Shown here in pieces: positions 9,937 through 18,962 of a DNA stretch of 28,708 bases. Where the stretch lies: assembly GCA_008080735.1 (NCBI GenBank), contig SHMW01000054.1, positions 1 to 28,708 of the forward strand. Reading direction: 5' to 3'. A model generated the notes under the pieces. It did not search any database. It was not told the origin of the DNA and saw nothing but the letters and a program-made list of their open reading frames with translations. Position 1 is the stretch's first letter. Each line of letters opens with the position of its first letter. This DNA is from Promethearchaeota archaeon (GTDB lineage Archaea; Asgardarchaeota; Lokiarchaeia; Sigyniarchaeales; SOKP01). The position numbers and the translations under genes were made by a program.

Positions 9937-11919
9937 ATGTCTAAAAATGAAAGCATCATCTTCGACGCTAATTTTTTCATATGCATGCTCAGCATAGAAG
10001 TCAGAGATATTATCAAGAATCTCCAGAAAGCTGCTGAGGATTTGAAATTAAATTTCTATACTACCCAATGTGTATTTGATGAGGTTAAAGCACCTGCCGA
10101 ATTTAAAAAAGGGTTGGAAAAAATAATTACTATAAAAGAAATAGATGAGAAAGCTATCAATGATATTAAGAATAATTTAGATAAGCGGAATATCCGTTTT
10201 CCCGCACAAGATAATGATCTGTCGCTCATAAAGTTAGCCATAAACCTCATAGAAGAAGATAATCTTGATCAAATCCACCTTGTCACAGATGATTTTAAGC
10301 TCGCTAAAAACACCGCAATTCTTTATTCCAAAGAAATTAATGTTCTTTCCCTCTCAAGCTTTTTATTGAAACTGCATAGAGAAATTCCTAAATCCCAAAT
10401 GCGGAACTATTTCAAGAACGTATGGCAGCAAAGTTTGAATTATACATTAGGATATATTATCGAACGTTCAAAAATTTATCCTGCAGAATCGAAAATCACG
10501 TGGTTAATAGAGAGAGCGGTGAGTGTCACAGAGAGCTCTATTGTTACCCGAGATTCTTACTTAGATGAGAATAAAATTGAATTTGGTATCGGCTCCTCGA
10601 AATATAGCGAAGAACTTAAAATTGCTGAAAAATATATCGAAGGAAAAAGCCTTACTCAACAAGAAGAAGAAAATATTGAAAAAATCGCTAAATTTTTAGA
10701 GAATTTGAAAATTTCTCGTGAATATGTGAAGCGTTCTCGTGATGCTATCGTTAAAAATGATTCTAAGCAAGCAGTCAAATTTTTAAAAAAGGGGAATGGT
10801 TTTTTAGTCTCTCTTCTTCAATTAGCTTTAGGACAGCTTAAAAAATTAGACGATTATGAGATTGTTGAAAATTTAATATGTTCAGAAATATCCAAGATGG
10901 AATTTTTGCGGGCCTTTTTACTTGTATCATTAGGACATATCAATTCCGCTATTGATTCATTGGAAAGAGCAGCCTTATTCTCTACAATAATTCATAATTA
11001 TACCACATGCCTAACATTAAATTATGTAAAAGCCCTCATATTATTGTTTCATGGACTTTATGAAAATTCCATAATGGCATATAATTTCACTGAAGAATTA
11101 GCTGAAGTATATAAAGATGAGAATTTGAAACTCAAATGTGTCATCGGGAAAGCAATTGCGCTCTATATCCAAGGAGATACTGAAGATAAGAGCAGAGCGA
11201 TGGATATTATGAGTGAGATTTCTGCTATTGACTTTGAGAAAAGGATTATTGATGCAATAATCGTCTTTTCTGAACTCGGAGATTATTTCCTCGCACTCGG
11301 TCACTCACAACTTGCGACCAATCTATATAATGAAGCATTGGAAATGACTATTGATGCGGAACAAAATTATAAAATCGATATATTAGTAGAGAAATTGAAA
11401 CGAGCTTATATAGCAACCGTTATTAATGGTTTTTACGATGAGGAAATTGTTGATCATATTGACATTCTTCTCGATAAAGCCTATAAAGTGAAAAATATTG
11501 AAAAATATAACGAACAGATAAAAAAGATTGCTAGCTTCAATAAGCTTTTTTATACTCCCTTTCAATATTTCACTGGGAAAAAGAAAACAATATCATATTC
11601 TAAATTACCTAAAGAACTTAAGGATATTTATCTGGAAGTCGTGCATTTCATCAAGGAAGAAAATGACCAGATAATGTTTATTATTTCTCATTATGATTTG
11701 GGTCTTTTAGGAATAAGACTTAAGACTGACCAAAATATTACTGGGATAGCAGAAAATTATAGCCTGAAAATAAAACCAACCACAAAGTTTAAAATCTATG
11801 AACCTGATGAGAATTTAAGAGAATTGTATCTTATTCGTGCAATTATAGAGATAACAGAAAAGGATAAGTGTGAGATCCATTATACATTACCGAGTTTTTT
11901 CAAACAATTGAATATTTGA
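9937..11919 (+). CDS. PIN-domain ribonuclease fused to a TPR-like helical repeat region
   Basis: PIN acidic residues in IIFDANFF, VFDEV, DNDLSLI and LVTDDFKL. The C-terminal half has TPR-like repeats (LGHINSAIDSLERA, LGDYFLALGHSQLATNLYNEALEM). Confidence 0.8.
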   Translation: MSKNESIIFDANFFICMLSIEVRDIIKNLQKAAEDLKLNFYTTQCVFDEVKAPAEFKKGLEKIITIKEIDEKAINDIKNNLDKRNIRFPAQDNDLSLIKLAINLIEEDNLDQIHLVTDDFKLAKNTAILYSKEINVLSLSSFLLKLHREIPKSQMRNYFKNVWQQSLNYTLGYIIERSKIYPAESKITWLIERAVSVTESSIVTRDSYLDENKIEFGIGSSKYSEELKIAEKYIEGKSLTQQEEENIEKIAKFLENLKISREYVKRSRDAIVKNDSKQAVKFLKKGNGFLVSLLQLALGQLKKLDDYEIVENLICSEISKMEFLRAFLLVSLGHINSAIDSLERAALFSTIIHNYTTCLTLNYVKALILLFHGLYENSIMAYNFTEELAEVYKDENLKLKCVIGKAIALYIQGDTEDKSRAMDIMSEISAIDFEKRIIDAIIVFSELGDYFLALGHSQLATNLYNEALEMTIDAEQNYKIDILVEKLKRAYIATVINGFYDEEIVDHIDILLDKAYKVKNIEKYNEQIKKIASFNKLFYTPFQYFTGKKKTISYSKLPKELKDIYLEVVHFIKEENDQIMFIISHYDLGLLGIRLKTDQNITGIAENYSLKIKPTTKFKIYEPDENLRELYLIRAIIEITEKDKCEIHYTLPSFFKQLNI

Positions 11920-11967
11920 TGCAAAAAGTTAGAACAAGTTTTTAATAAAATCAAAAAAGGAGAAAGA

Positions 11968-12237
11968 TCATTTCCTTTCTTCTTCAGCACGTTGAGATAC
12001 GACGCCACTATGTACAGCACAGCTGATACATAAATACTTTCGATGGGAGCCGCCTAAAATAATGGTTCCTTCCTTTTTCAGCTCTTTATGCATACGGGAA
12101 TCAACTAATCGCGTCCTTGTAGTGACTACCTTCGCTTTACTCCTGGGAACAGAGCGCCCACATTTACTGCATTGTACTCGTTTATATCTTCCCTTGCTGG
12201 ATCCCGTTTTTCCACCGCTTTTTCTTTTTCGAGCCAT
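11968..12237 (-). CDS. rps26e: Small-subunit ribosomal protein eS26
   Basis: Basic N-terminus and Zn-finger motifs VQCSKCGRSVPRSKA and YLCISCAVHSGVV. GAGGTG ribosome-binding site upstream. Confidence 0.96.
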   Translation of the reverse strand: MARKRKSGGKTGSSKGRYKRVQCSKCGRSVPRSKAKVVTTRTRLVDSRMHKELKKEGTIILGGSHRKYLCISCAVHSGVVSQRAEEERK

Positions 12238-12388
12238 TCAATTCACCTCGTTTTTTTATATTTCAATCTTATTATACAAAATAATTTTAAGATTATAATT
12301 TTTCTTCTTTTAAGAAAAACCGAAATGAATTTTACATAAAAAGCCGCGGTAAAGAAATTGTAAACTAATGGAAAAATAAGCAAGTTTA

Positions 12389-13057
12389 CTAATCATTTTG
12401 ACTCAAGATTTTATAGGTATGGTAAAATCTCTGCGCTACTGTGAAAATAAGTAGGAAGCTAAATATTGGGATGAAATAAGTCTTAAATATGGACAAGGGA
12501 GTGCCGGAAATCCAATAGGAGATTTTATAAACCCAAATTTCTATACTGAGTCCAATGATTAGTAATATTAATCTTTCTGCCCGTTCCATAATTCCGACAC
12601 CTTTCATATTAACTTCTAATGCTTCAGCTCGAGAACGGGAATAAGAAATCATTAAACTTAAAAATAATATTAAACTGCCCCAAATATAATCCAAAAAATT
12701 ACTGTAAATTAACCCTAAAAGAATAATCGCATCTGAAATTCTGTCAACATTTGAATCGAGGTATGCACCTTCCAGACCTGCCCGATTTGTACGGCGTGCG
12801 ACCTCCCCGTCAAATACATCAAAGACTCCTGCAAGAAATATAAAAGCAGGAGGGATCCAAGCGAGAAATATACATCCGTGAATGAAATTCAAATATATAA
12901 ACACACTCCCAATAATAATTGAGACGATTCCCAAAAAAGAAAGCATATTAGGAGAGATATCCATTCGAATCAAAAATTCCACGGGAGAGTCAATTAATTT
13001 ATCAACAAGATTCCTCTGTTTGATCCGTTTCTCTGTTGGTTGATTATTCTCATTCAA
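12389..13057 (-). CDS. CDP-alcohol phosphatidyltransferase (probable archaetidylinositol-phosphate synthase type)
   Basis: Signature DVFDGEVARR...GAYLDSNVDRISD, plus ISPNMLS, SYSRSRAE and GIMERAER. Multiple transmembrane segments. Confidence 0.9.
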   Translation of the reverse strand: MNENNQPTEKRIKQRNLVDKLIDSPVEFLIRMDISPNMLSFLGIVSIIIGSVFIYLNFIHGCIFLAWIPPAFIFLAGVFDVFDGEVARRTNRAGLEGAYLDSNVDRISDAIILLGLIYSNFLDYIWGSLILFLSLMISYSRSRAEALEVNMKGVGIMERAERLILLIIGLSIEIWVYKISYWISGTPLSIFKTYFIPIFSFLLIFTVAQRFYHTYKILSQND

Positions 13058-13086
13058 TTTATTTCATACAATATAATTATATACTA

Positions 13087-13701
13087 TTATAAGATCTTCT
13101 GTATGTTTAACTTTACTAGTCTCACAACTTGGGAGGCGAGATAAGATTTAGTTCCTAAACTCAATTCGGGAATATTTAGGTTTAAAAATGCTTCAGAATT
13201 GATGAAATCCTCGCACTGGTTTCCAATTATAAAATAAAGATCCGAAATAGATGTTAGCTCTTCAATCGCCTTAGAGAATGGTGACCCAGTTTCTTTTAAT
13301 ACATATAGATTTCTCTTTTTTTTTCGATTAATATATCTTAGAGTCTCCAAAATTGAACTATCTCCTTCCCCAATGGAGTCAATTGAATTCTCATATGGCT
13401 TGTTTTCACAATTCTCTCGGGATTTCAAAAGGTTCACGATATAATCCGATAATAATAATTCGGTCTTTGGGAATCCTTCATAATTTAATTTATGAGGATC
13501 AAATTGAAGATTCTTATAATTTTTAAAATAAACCCAGATTTGGCTATTATTGTCAAAACCATTTTCATTTAACAGAGCTGAGAGAATACATCGAGAAATT
13601 ACATCCAATCTGCCGGAAGATCCAGGGATATCCTTAATTGTATAATGGTCTAAATTTACTGTATCTGATTTTATTAGAAATGTAATACTATAATTTTTCA
13701 A
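13087..13701 (-). CDS. trmY: tRNA (pseudouridine54-N1)-methyltransferase, SPOUT fold
   Basis: DIPGSSGRLDVISRCI N-terminal signature, YVLKETG, FIIG and SPOUT knot LSLGTKSYLASQVV. Confidence 0.75.
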   Translation of the reverse strand: MKNYSITFLIKSDTVNLDHYTIKDIPGSSGRLDVISRCILSALLNENGFDNNSQIWVYFKNYKNLQFDPHKLNYEGFPKTELLLSDYIVNLLKSRENCENKPYENSIDSIGEGDSSILETLRYINRKKKRNLYVLKETGSPFSKAIEELTSISDLYFIIGNQCEDFINSEAFLNLNIPELSLGTKSYLASQVVRLVKLNIQKIL

Positions 13702-13824
13702 TAATTTCTCGCTCTTGGAAAGCAGATATCTATATAGCTATATAGAATTAGGAGATTAAAATTTAAAAAAACTTTTAATTTGCTATATTTATCAGAGCTT
13801 AATAAAAATATCTTAAAATAGTAC

Positions 13825-14400
13825 TTGAAAATCATGTATGATCCCTATATTAAAAAAAACGTTATTAAATTGGTAATTGGAGGACCAGGTGCGGTGGGAA
13901 AGACGGTTATTGCCAAAAAGCTTGCAGGTGATTTAAAAAAAATTGATAATATTGCCATGACGAAAGGCTTAGATGTGCATACAATTCACATAAATCAAAA
14001 TGGAAAGAGAACGAATAGTTTGCCTTTAAAAATCCAAGTATGGGATTGTGCAGGTCAAGAGCAATTTTATTTCTTTCAAAACATATTCTTTGCAAAGGCT
14101 AAAATAGTTATGTTAGTCTTTTCAGTTGATAATTACTCTACTTTTTTCGAGCTTGTTCATTGGACGAATTTGGTTAAAGATGCTTCCATAATCAAAATGT
14201 ACTTAGTGGGAAATAAAATTGATATAGAAAATAGAGCAGTACCCAAAGAAATCTCGCTAGAAATGGCAAAAGCTTATGAAATGGCATATTTTGAAATTTC
14301 TGCTCTAACAAACAAAGGTTTTGAAGCACTGCGCGATGATTTGTTAGATAGGATTAATCAATCATATCAAAAAGAAAAAGAAATTTCTGGGGATAAATGA
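13825..14400 (+). CDS. Rab-like small GTPase (Ras superfamily)
   Basis: G1 GPGAVGKT, G2 MTKG, G3 WDCAGQE, G4 NKID and G5 EISAL. No C-terminal Cys motif. The ATG at 13834 is an alternative start. Confidence 0.93.
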   Translation: MKIMYDPYIKKNVIKLVIGGPGAVGKTVIAKKLAGDLKKIDNIAMTKGLDVHTIHINQNGKRTNSLPLKIQVWDCAGQEQFYFFQNIFFAKAKIVMLVFSVDNYSTFFELVHWTNLVKDASIIKMYLVGNKIDIENRAVPKEISLEMAKAYEMAYFEISALTNKGFEALRDDLLDRINQSYQKEKEISGDK

Positions 14401-14775
14401 AATGATTAACTAATTCCTTATTTATTGTCCAATGTTGAGAAAAATATTCGAAAATTGTTCTAATTTTTTAGTTTAGCGAATTAAAAAACAATATTATAAT
14501 GCATAACAGATTTTACATAAGTCAAAAATGGTTTTTCTCAAGTGTTTTCTCATATTAAAACTTTTACAGATTAGCCTTCTAAATAGGAAATACGAAAGAT
14601 ATGAATATACTGTTATATATTTTCACTATATAAACCCTGATTTACACTCCAGAATTTGCATATAAAAATCGGTCTATTATTTGTTTTTTAGAGTTAAAAT
14701 AATGGATCTATATAGAAAACTTTAATATCAGATAAAAAACGACTATTTAAAGAAATCTAATAAAAAACCAAGAAA

Positions 14776-15759
14776 ATGACCATCACAGATATAAAAACAC
14801 AAAAAAATGATATCGCATTTGAAGTGAATGATCTTAAGAAACATTTTGAGGATGTAAAAGCCGTGGATGGAATATCTTTCAAAGTGAAGCGGGGAGAATG
14901 TTTCGGATTTCTCGGACCGAATGGTGCGGGAAAAACAACCACCATCAACGTTTTAGCATGTTTTATGACACCAACAGGTGGGAAAGCCAAAGTTGCGGGG
15001 TATGATGTAGTAAAAGAGACAGACTTGGTCAAACAACATATTGGGATGTGCCCTCAAGAGAATATATTTTACGAAGAATTAAGTCCCTATGAAAACCTAA
15101 TGTTTTTTGGCAGAATGTATGAAGTAGATAAGAATTTATTAGTTGAACGAGCTAATCTTCTAATAAAAAAGGTTGGACTCGAAGAAAAACGAAAAACTCG
15201 TTCTGAAAAGCTTTCAGGCGGGATGAAGAGGCGATTAAATTTAATAATTGGTTTGGTGCATGACCCTAATATTCTTTTTCTCGATGAACCAACAGCAGGT
15301 TTAGATCCACAGAGCAGGAGAATGATTTGGGATTATATATTCGAGCTTAAAGAAAGAAATAAATCCATCTTTCTCACCACTCATTATATGGATGAGGCTG
15401 ATATTCTCTCAGATAGGCTTGCGATTATTGACCATGGAAAGATTATCGTACAAGGTACACCCGAACATCTTAAGGAGACAATTGGAAAAGGAGATGTACT
15501 TAATTTTAGGATTGAAGGTCCCAGCGAAAAAATCAGAGACACTACCCAACAAATAAGAAATCTCGACTATGTGTTGGATACTTCATATATAGAGGAAGAA
15601 TTGATATCAAGAATTACCGCGATGGATGGAATAGGGAAAATAGGAAACTTCGTAAATCAATTTAATGAGAAAGGTTTACAGATAGTTGACGTCGAGGTAC
15701 AGAGGAACAGTTTGGAAAATGTATTTTTAGCATTGACTGGGAGGTCCTTACGGGAATAG
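14776..15759 (+). CDS. ABC-2 type exporter ATP-binding subunit (DrrA/NodI-like)
   Basis: Walker A GPNGAGKTT, signature LSGGMKRR, Walker B LFLDEPTAGLDP and H-loop TTHYMDEAD. Confidence 0.95.
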   Translation: MTITDIKTQKNDIAFEVNDLKKHFEDVKAVDGISFKVKRGECFGFLGPNGAGKTTTINVLACFMTPTGGKAKVAGYDVVKETDLVKQHIGMCPQENIFYEELSPYENLMFFGRMYEVDKNLLVERANLLIKKVGLEEKRKTRSEKLSGGMKRRLNLIIGLVHDPNILFLDEPTAGLDPQSRRMIWDYIFELKERNKSIFLTTHYMDEADILSDRLAIIDHGKIIVQGTPEHLKETIGKGDVLNFRIEGPSEKIRDTTQQIRNLDYVLDTSYIEEELISRITAMDGIGKIGNFVNQFNEKGLQIVDVEVQRNSLENVFLALTGRSLRE

Positions 15760-15770
15760 GTGGTAAAAAA

Positions 15771-17315
15771 ATGTCAAGACTCGCTGTATTGACCAAAAAA
15801 AATTTATTGCGATTCGTCAAGAATCCCAAAACCCTCGGATTTATAGTTCTAATTCCTATTCTCTACTATTTAATCCTCGGCTTAGTTTTTGGCGCTGTGG
15901 GAACAGGAAATACGACCACAACGTATAATGTGGGATGGGTTGATTTAGATACTACTAATGCTACGCAGCCGAACTATCAATTAGATAATATTTACGATAT
16001 ATTCAATGATAATATTTCTGCGATAAACTTAAAAAAATACTCCACATTAAATTCCGCTTTTAAAGCGGCTGAGTCCGGTGATATAATTTCTTATGTAGTT
16101 TTTCCAGAAGGTTTTGAAGAGGGGCTTGAAAACCGTTCAAAGACGAACTTAGCGTTCTATAATAACGATTCGACAACATCTACTAACTATTCAATAGCAT
16201 CATTTTATAACAACTTAACCAGTTATTTTTACGAGCAATTTAGTATCACCAATGTCACAGATGCTGGTGATGCTAATGATATTCTCGCGAATTTTAGTCA
16301 GTATTATTATGATGCTATGTTAGTGATTAATAATGGATTTTTAGAAGGATTAGATGACGCGAATCCCATAAATATGACTTATTACTACAGGAATAGCACA
16401 TCACATCAAACAACGCAAGCAAAACTAAACTATGCTTTATCATATCTAAATTCATCAATATTGGCAACATACCAAGAATCATCTAACCTTATAACACTTT
16501 TAAATGCCTCAATTGTAAATGCCGACCCCATAAGCATTTTAGAATATGATATCTATTACAGGGGAGATGTTTCCCCCGCCACCAAGGCTACTTTGACTAA
16601 CACAATTAACCAAATCATTAAGGAATTTATCAATTACAATCCCTCAGATATCGAGTTAAACTTGGATGAGGAACCATTTAAAGGAAAGGTGATAAATCAA
16701 ATCACATTTTCAGCGCCCGGTTATTTGTTATATGGACCAATGTCTATCTTATCGTTTGTATTAGTTGTTCTCACCGGAGAAAAGAAGGATGGCATCTTTA
16801 AACGACTCTCGAGTACTCAAGTGAAAAACTGGGAGATTATTCTCTCTAACATATTCTCCAGCATCCTATTGATCTTTATGCAATTTGCAATTGGAGCGGG
16901 AATCTTAGCTATCTTTGGATGGAATCCCAATTTTGCAAGTATAATAGATCTAATCTTTGGAATTGGGATAACGATGTTCCTATTTTCTTTCTTTCTGCTG
17001 GCATTATCCTTCGCTTTAGCTCCTGTTTTTAAGGATCCTGATACAGCTGGAGGAGGAGTATGGATAATTATCATTCCGCTTGCTATGGTATCGGGAATTT
17101 TCGTCCCCATAGAATTATTTGGGGAGAGTATGCAAGTAATTGCGTCCGTGCTTCCCACAAGATTCGCGGTTGTCGCGCTGCAAAATATCTTGCTTAATGG
17201 AAATTCGTTCCTCACTTCCGAAGTTCTTCTTAATTGGGGATTGCTTATACTTTACTCGGTGATTATATTTGCAATCGGGATTAAACTTTTTAACAAGTTC
17301 GTAAGAGATTCGTAA
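15771..17315 (+). CDS. ABC-2 type exporter permease with a large extracellular domain
   Basis: One N-terminal TM segment, an Asn/Thr-rich loop, then about 5 TM segments with EKKDGIFKRL and SGIFVPIE. Starts 11 bp after the ATPase gene with a GGTGG RBS. Confidence 0.92.
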   Translation: MSRLAVLTKKNLLRFVKNPKTLGFIVLIPILYYLILGLVFGAVGTGNTTTTYNVGWVDLDTTNATQPNYQLDNIYDIFNDNISAINLKKYSTLNSAFKAAESGDIISYVVFPEGFEEGLENRSKTNLAFYNNDSTTSTNYSIASFYNNLTSYFYEQFSITNVTDAGDANDILANFSQYYYDAMLVINNGFLEGLDDANPINMTYYYRNSTSHQTTQAKLNYALSYLNSSILATYQESSNLITLLNASIVNADPISILEYDIYYRGDVSPATKATLTNTINQIIKEFINYNPSDIELNLDEEPFKGKVINQITFSAPGYLLYGPMSILSFVLVVLTGEKKDGIFKRLSSTQVKNWEIILSNIFSSILLIFMQFAIGAGILAIFGWNPNFASIIDLIFGIGITMFLFSFFLLALSFALAPVFKDPDTAGGGVWIIIIPLAMVSGIFVPIELFGESMQVIASVLPTRFAVVALQNILLNGNSFLTSEVLLNWGLLILYSVIIFAIGIKLFNKFVRDS

Positions 17316-17424
17316 ATTCAGAATAATTATTTAATTTTAATTCATTTTTCTTTTTTTATACAAATCATTCTAAATGTAATATCAAATTAGATATGTTATT
17401 CTAATTCCTCTCACTTATTATGAT

Positions 17425-17862
17425 ATGGACGATGAAAGAATTACTTACTTAAAGAAGGACTTCAGTCAAGGGTTTCCCTCTTATTGCGGGTGTAAAGCGG
17501 ATTATGTGGGTAAAGGTGTGTTTCATTCTATTCTTACGATACAAGAAAGACATAAACAACAAGATGGATTTGTCCATGCCGGAGTCATTGCCACGATGGC
17601 AGATCACACAGCAGGATATTCTGCCTATACTCTTGTTCCCAACAATGTTCGAATCTTAACTATCGAATTTAAAATTAATTATTTCAAACCTGCAATCGGT
17701 GAAACAGTACTCTGTAAGTCCCAAGTAATTAATGCTGGAAAAACTATCATCACTTCTGAATCGAATGTCTTTTTATTGTCTGAGGGAGACGAAACTCTCA
17801 TATCTAAAGCACTCGTGACTCTAATGGCGGTTCCCATAGAGAACTTTCAAGATAAAAAATAA
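17425..17862 (+). CDS. PaaI-family (hotdog fold) thioesterase
   Basis: HKQQDGFVHAGVIATMADHTAG and TIEFKINYFKPA motifs. Confidence 0.92.
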   Translation: MDDERITYLKKDFSQGFPSYCGCKADYVGKGVFHSILTIQERHKQQDGFVHAGVIATMADHTAGYSAYTLVPNNVRILTIEFKINYFKPAIGETVLCKSQVINAGKTIITSESNVFLLSEGDETLISKALVTLMAVPIENFQDKK

Positions 17863-18003
17863 ATAAGCCAATATGTCTAACAAATTTATTCTAAGTCTTT
17901 TTCACGATTAAGCCATTAACATTTTTCTATATATTACTCAATAGTCTTAAATAGTCTTTATTGACAAGCTTTTTAGATATCAGAACGCTATTATTGATAA
18001 TAC

Positions 18004-18321
18004 ATGATGACAGAGACCGAAAAGAAGAAAAAATATGTGACGATGGTGCCTTGCTCAGAATGTAAAAGAGTGTTTAAAACTGTAATAGAAAAGCAGGTTG
18101 TGGAAAATGTTGAGCGATTTCCGTTTCCTATCGTCTTGATGCACTACGCATCCAAAGATGATACTCGGGAAGTTCACACAATGATCGCCTATATAGATAA
18201 AGATATGCAATGTCGTCATTGTACCGTTTTAGACGGAAAAAGGGTATATATCACTCCGTATATACTTTACAATCCGAATTTAATTGCTCTAAGCTGCAAT
18301 AAGAGTTTAGGTGGAATTTAA
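18004..18321 (+). CDS. Small putative zinc-binding protein
   Basis: 105 aa with CSEC, FPFPIVLMH, VHTMIAYID and CRHC. Lies directly upstream of a GTPase gene on the same strand. Confidence 0.75.
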   Translation: MMTETEKKKKYVTMVPCSECKRVFKTVIEKQVVENVERFPFPIVLMHYASKDDTREVHTMIAYIDKDMQCRHCTVLDGKRVYITPYILYNPNLIALSCNKSLGGI

Positions 18322-18383
18322 ACAATTGGATCGGAAATTTGGGGTATAATGTTTGATTTGTATAAAAATTTGGAATTATATTT

Positions 18384-18920
18384 ATGATGGTTGAAGAATT
18401 GTCTGATAAAAAGGTTTTGAAGATCGTTATCGCCGGTGACGGCGCTACAGGTAAAACCACTATTTCGAAGAGACTTAATGGCACATTTAGATCGGATGAA
18501 GAATTAAGCATGACCACGGGTTTGGATTTCCATACACTAGAAATTACAGAAAAAGATGGGAAAGCAGTTATCTGGGATCTCGCAGGTCAAGAACAGTTCA
18601 GAAGTTTTCAAGATACGTTTTTCAATGATGCCGATATAGTTATTTTAGTCTATTCAGTGGAATGGTTTTCCAGCTATATGAATATCGATTCTTGGCTCTC
18701 GATGATTGACAGAGAAAATATTTCAAAAATATACCTTATCGCGAATAAGATAGATATAGAAAATCGCGCAATACATTCAGATGAAGCTCAACAATACGCA
18801 AAATCAAAGGGTCTTCACTATTATGAGCTCTCAGCACTTACAGGAGAAGGTTTAGATGAATTTGAACAAGATTTATTGATTACGGCACGAAAAATGACTA
18901 ATGGAGTGAATGATGATTGA
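18384..18920 (+). CDS. Rab-like small GTPase (Ras superfamily)
   Basis: G1 GDGATGKT, G2 MTTG, G3 WDLAGQE, G4 NKID and G5 ELSAL. No prenylation motif. Confidence 0.94.
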   Translation: MMVEELSDKKVLKIVIAGDGATGKTTISKRLNGTFRSDEELSMTTGLDFHTLEITEKDGKAVIWDLAGQEQFRSFQDTFFNDADIVILVYSVEWFSSYMNIDSWLSMIDRENISKIYLIANKIDIENRAIHSDEAQQYAKSKGLHYYELSALTGEGLDEFEQDLLITARKMTNGVNDD

Positions 18921-18962
18921 ATTTTAATAATAAAAGATAATAGAATTTTAATAATAAAAGAT
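18919..18962. repeat. Tandem direct repeat, 2 x 20 bp (period 24)
   Basis: GAATTTTAATAATAAAAGAT at 18919-18938 and 18943-18962, filling the gap between two convergent stop codons. Confidence 0.9.

Noticed and set aside
9937-10360. VapBC toxin-antitoxin module
   Set aside because: The PIN domain is part of a 660-aa protein, and no small antitoxin gene precedes it; the upstream gene is the divergent mobB.
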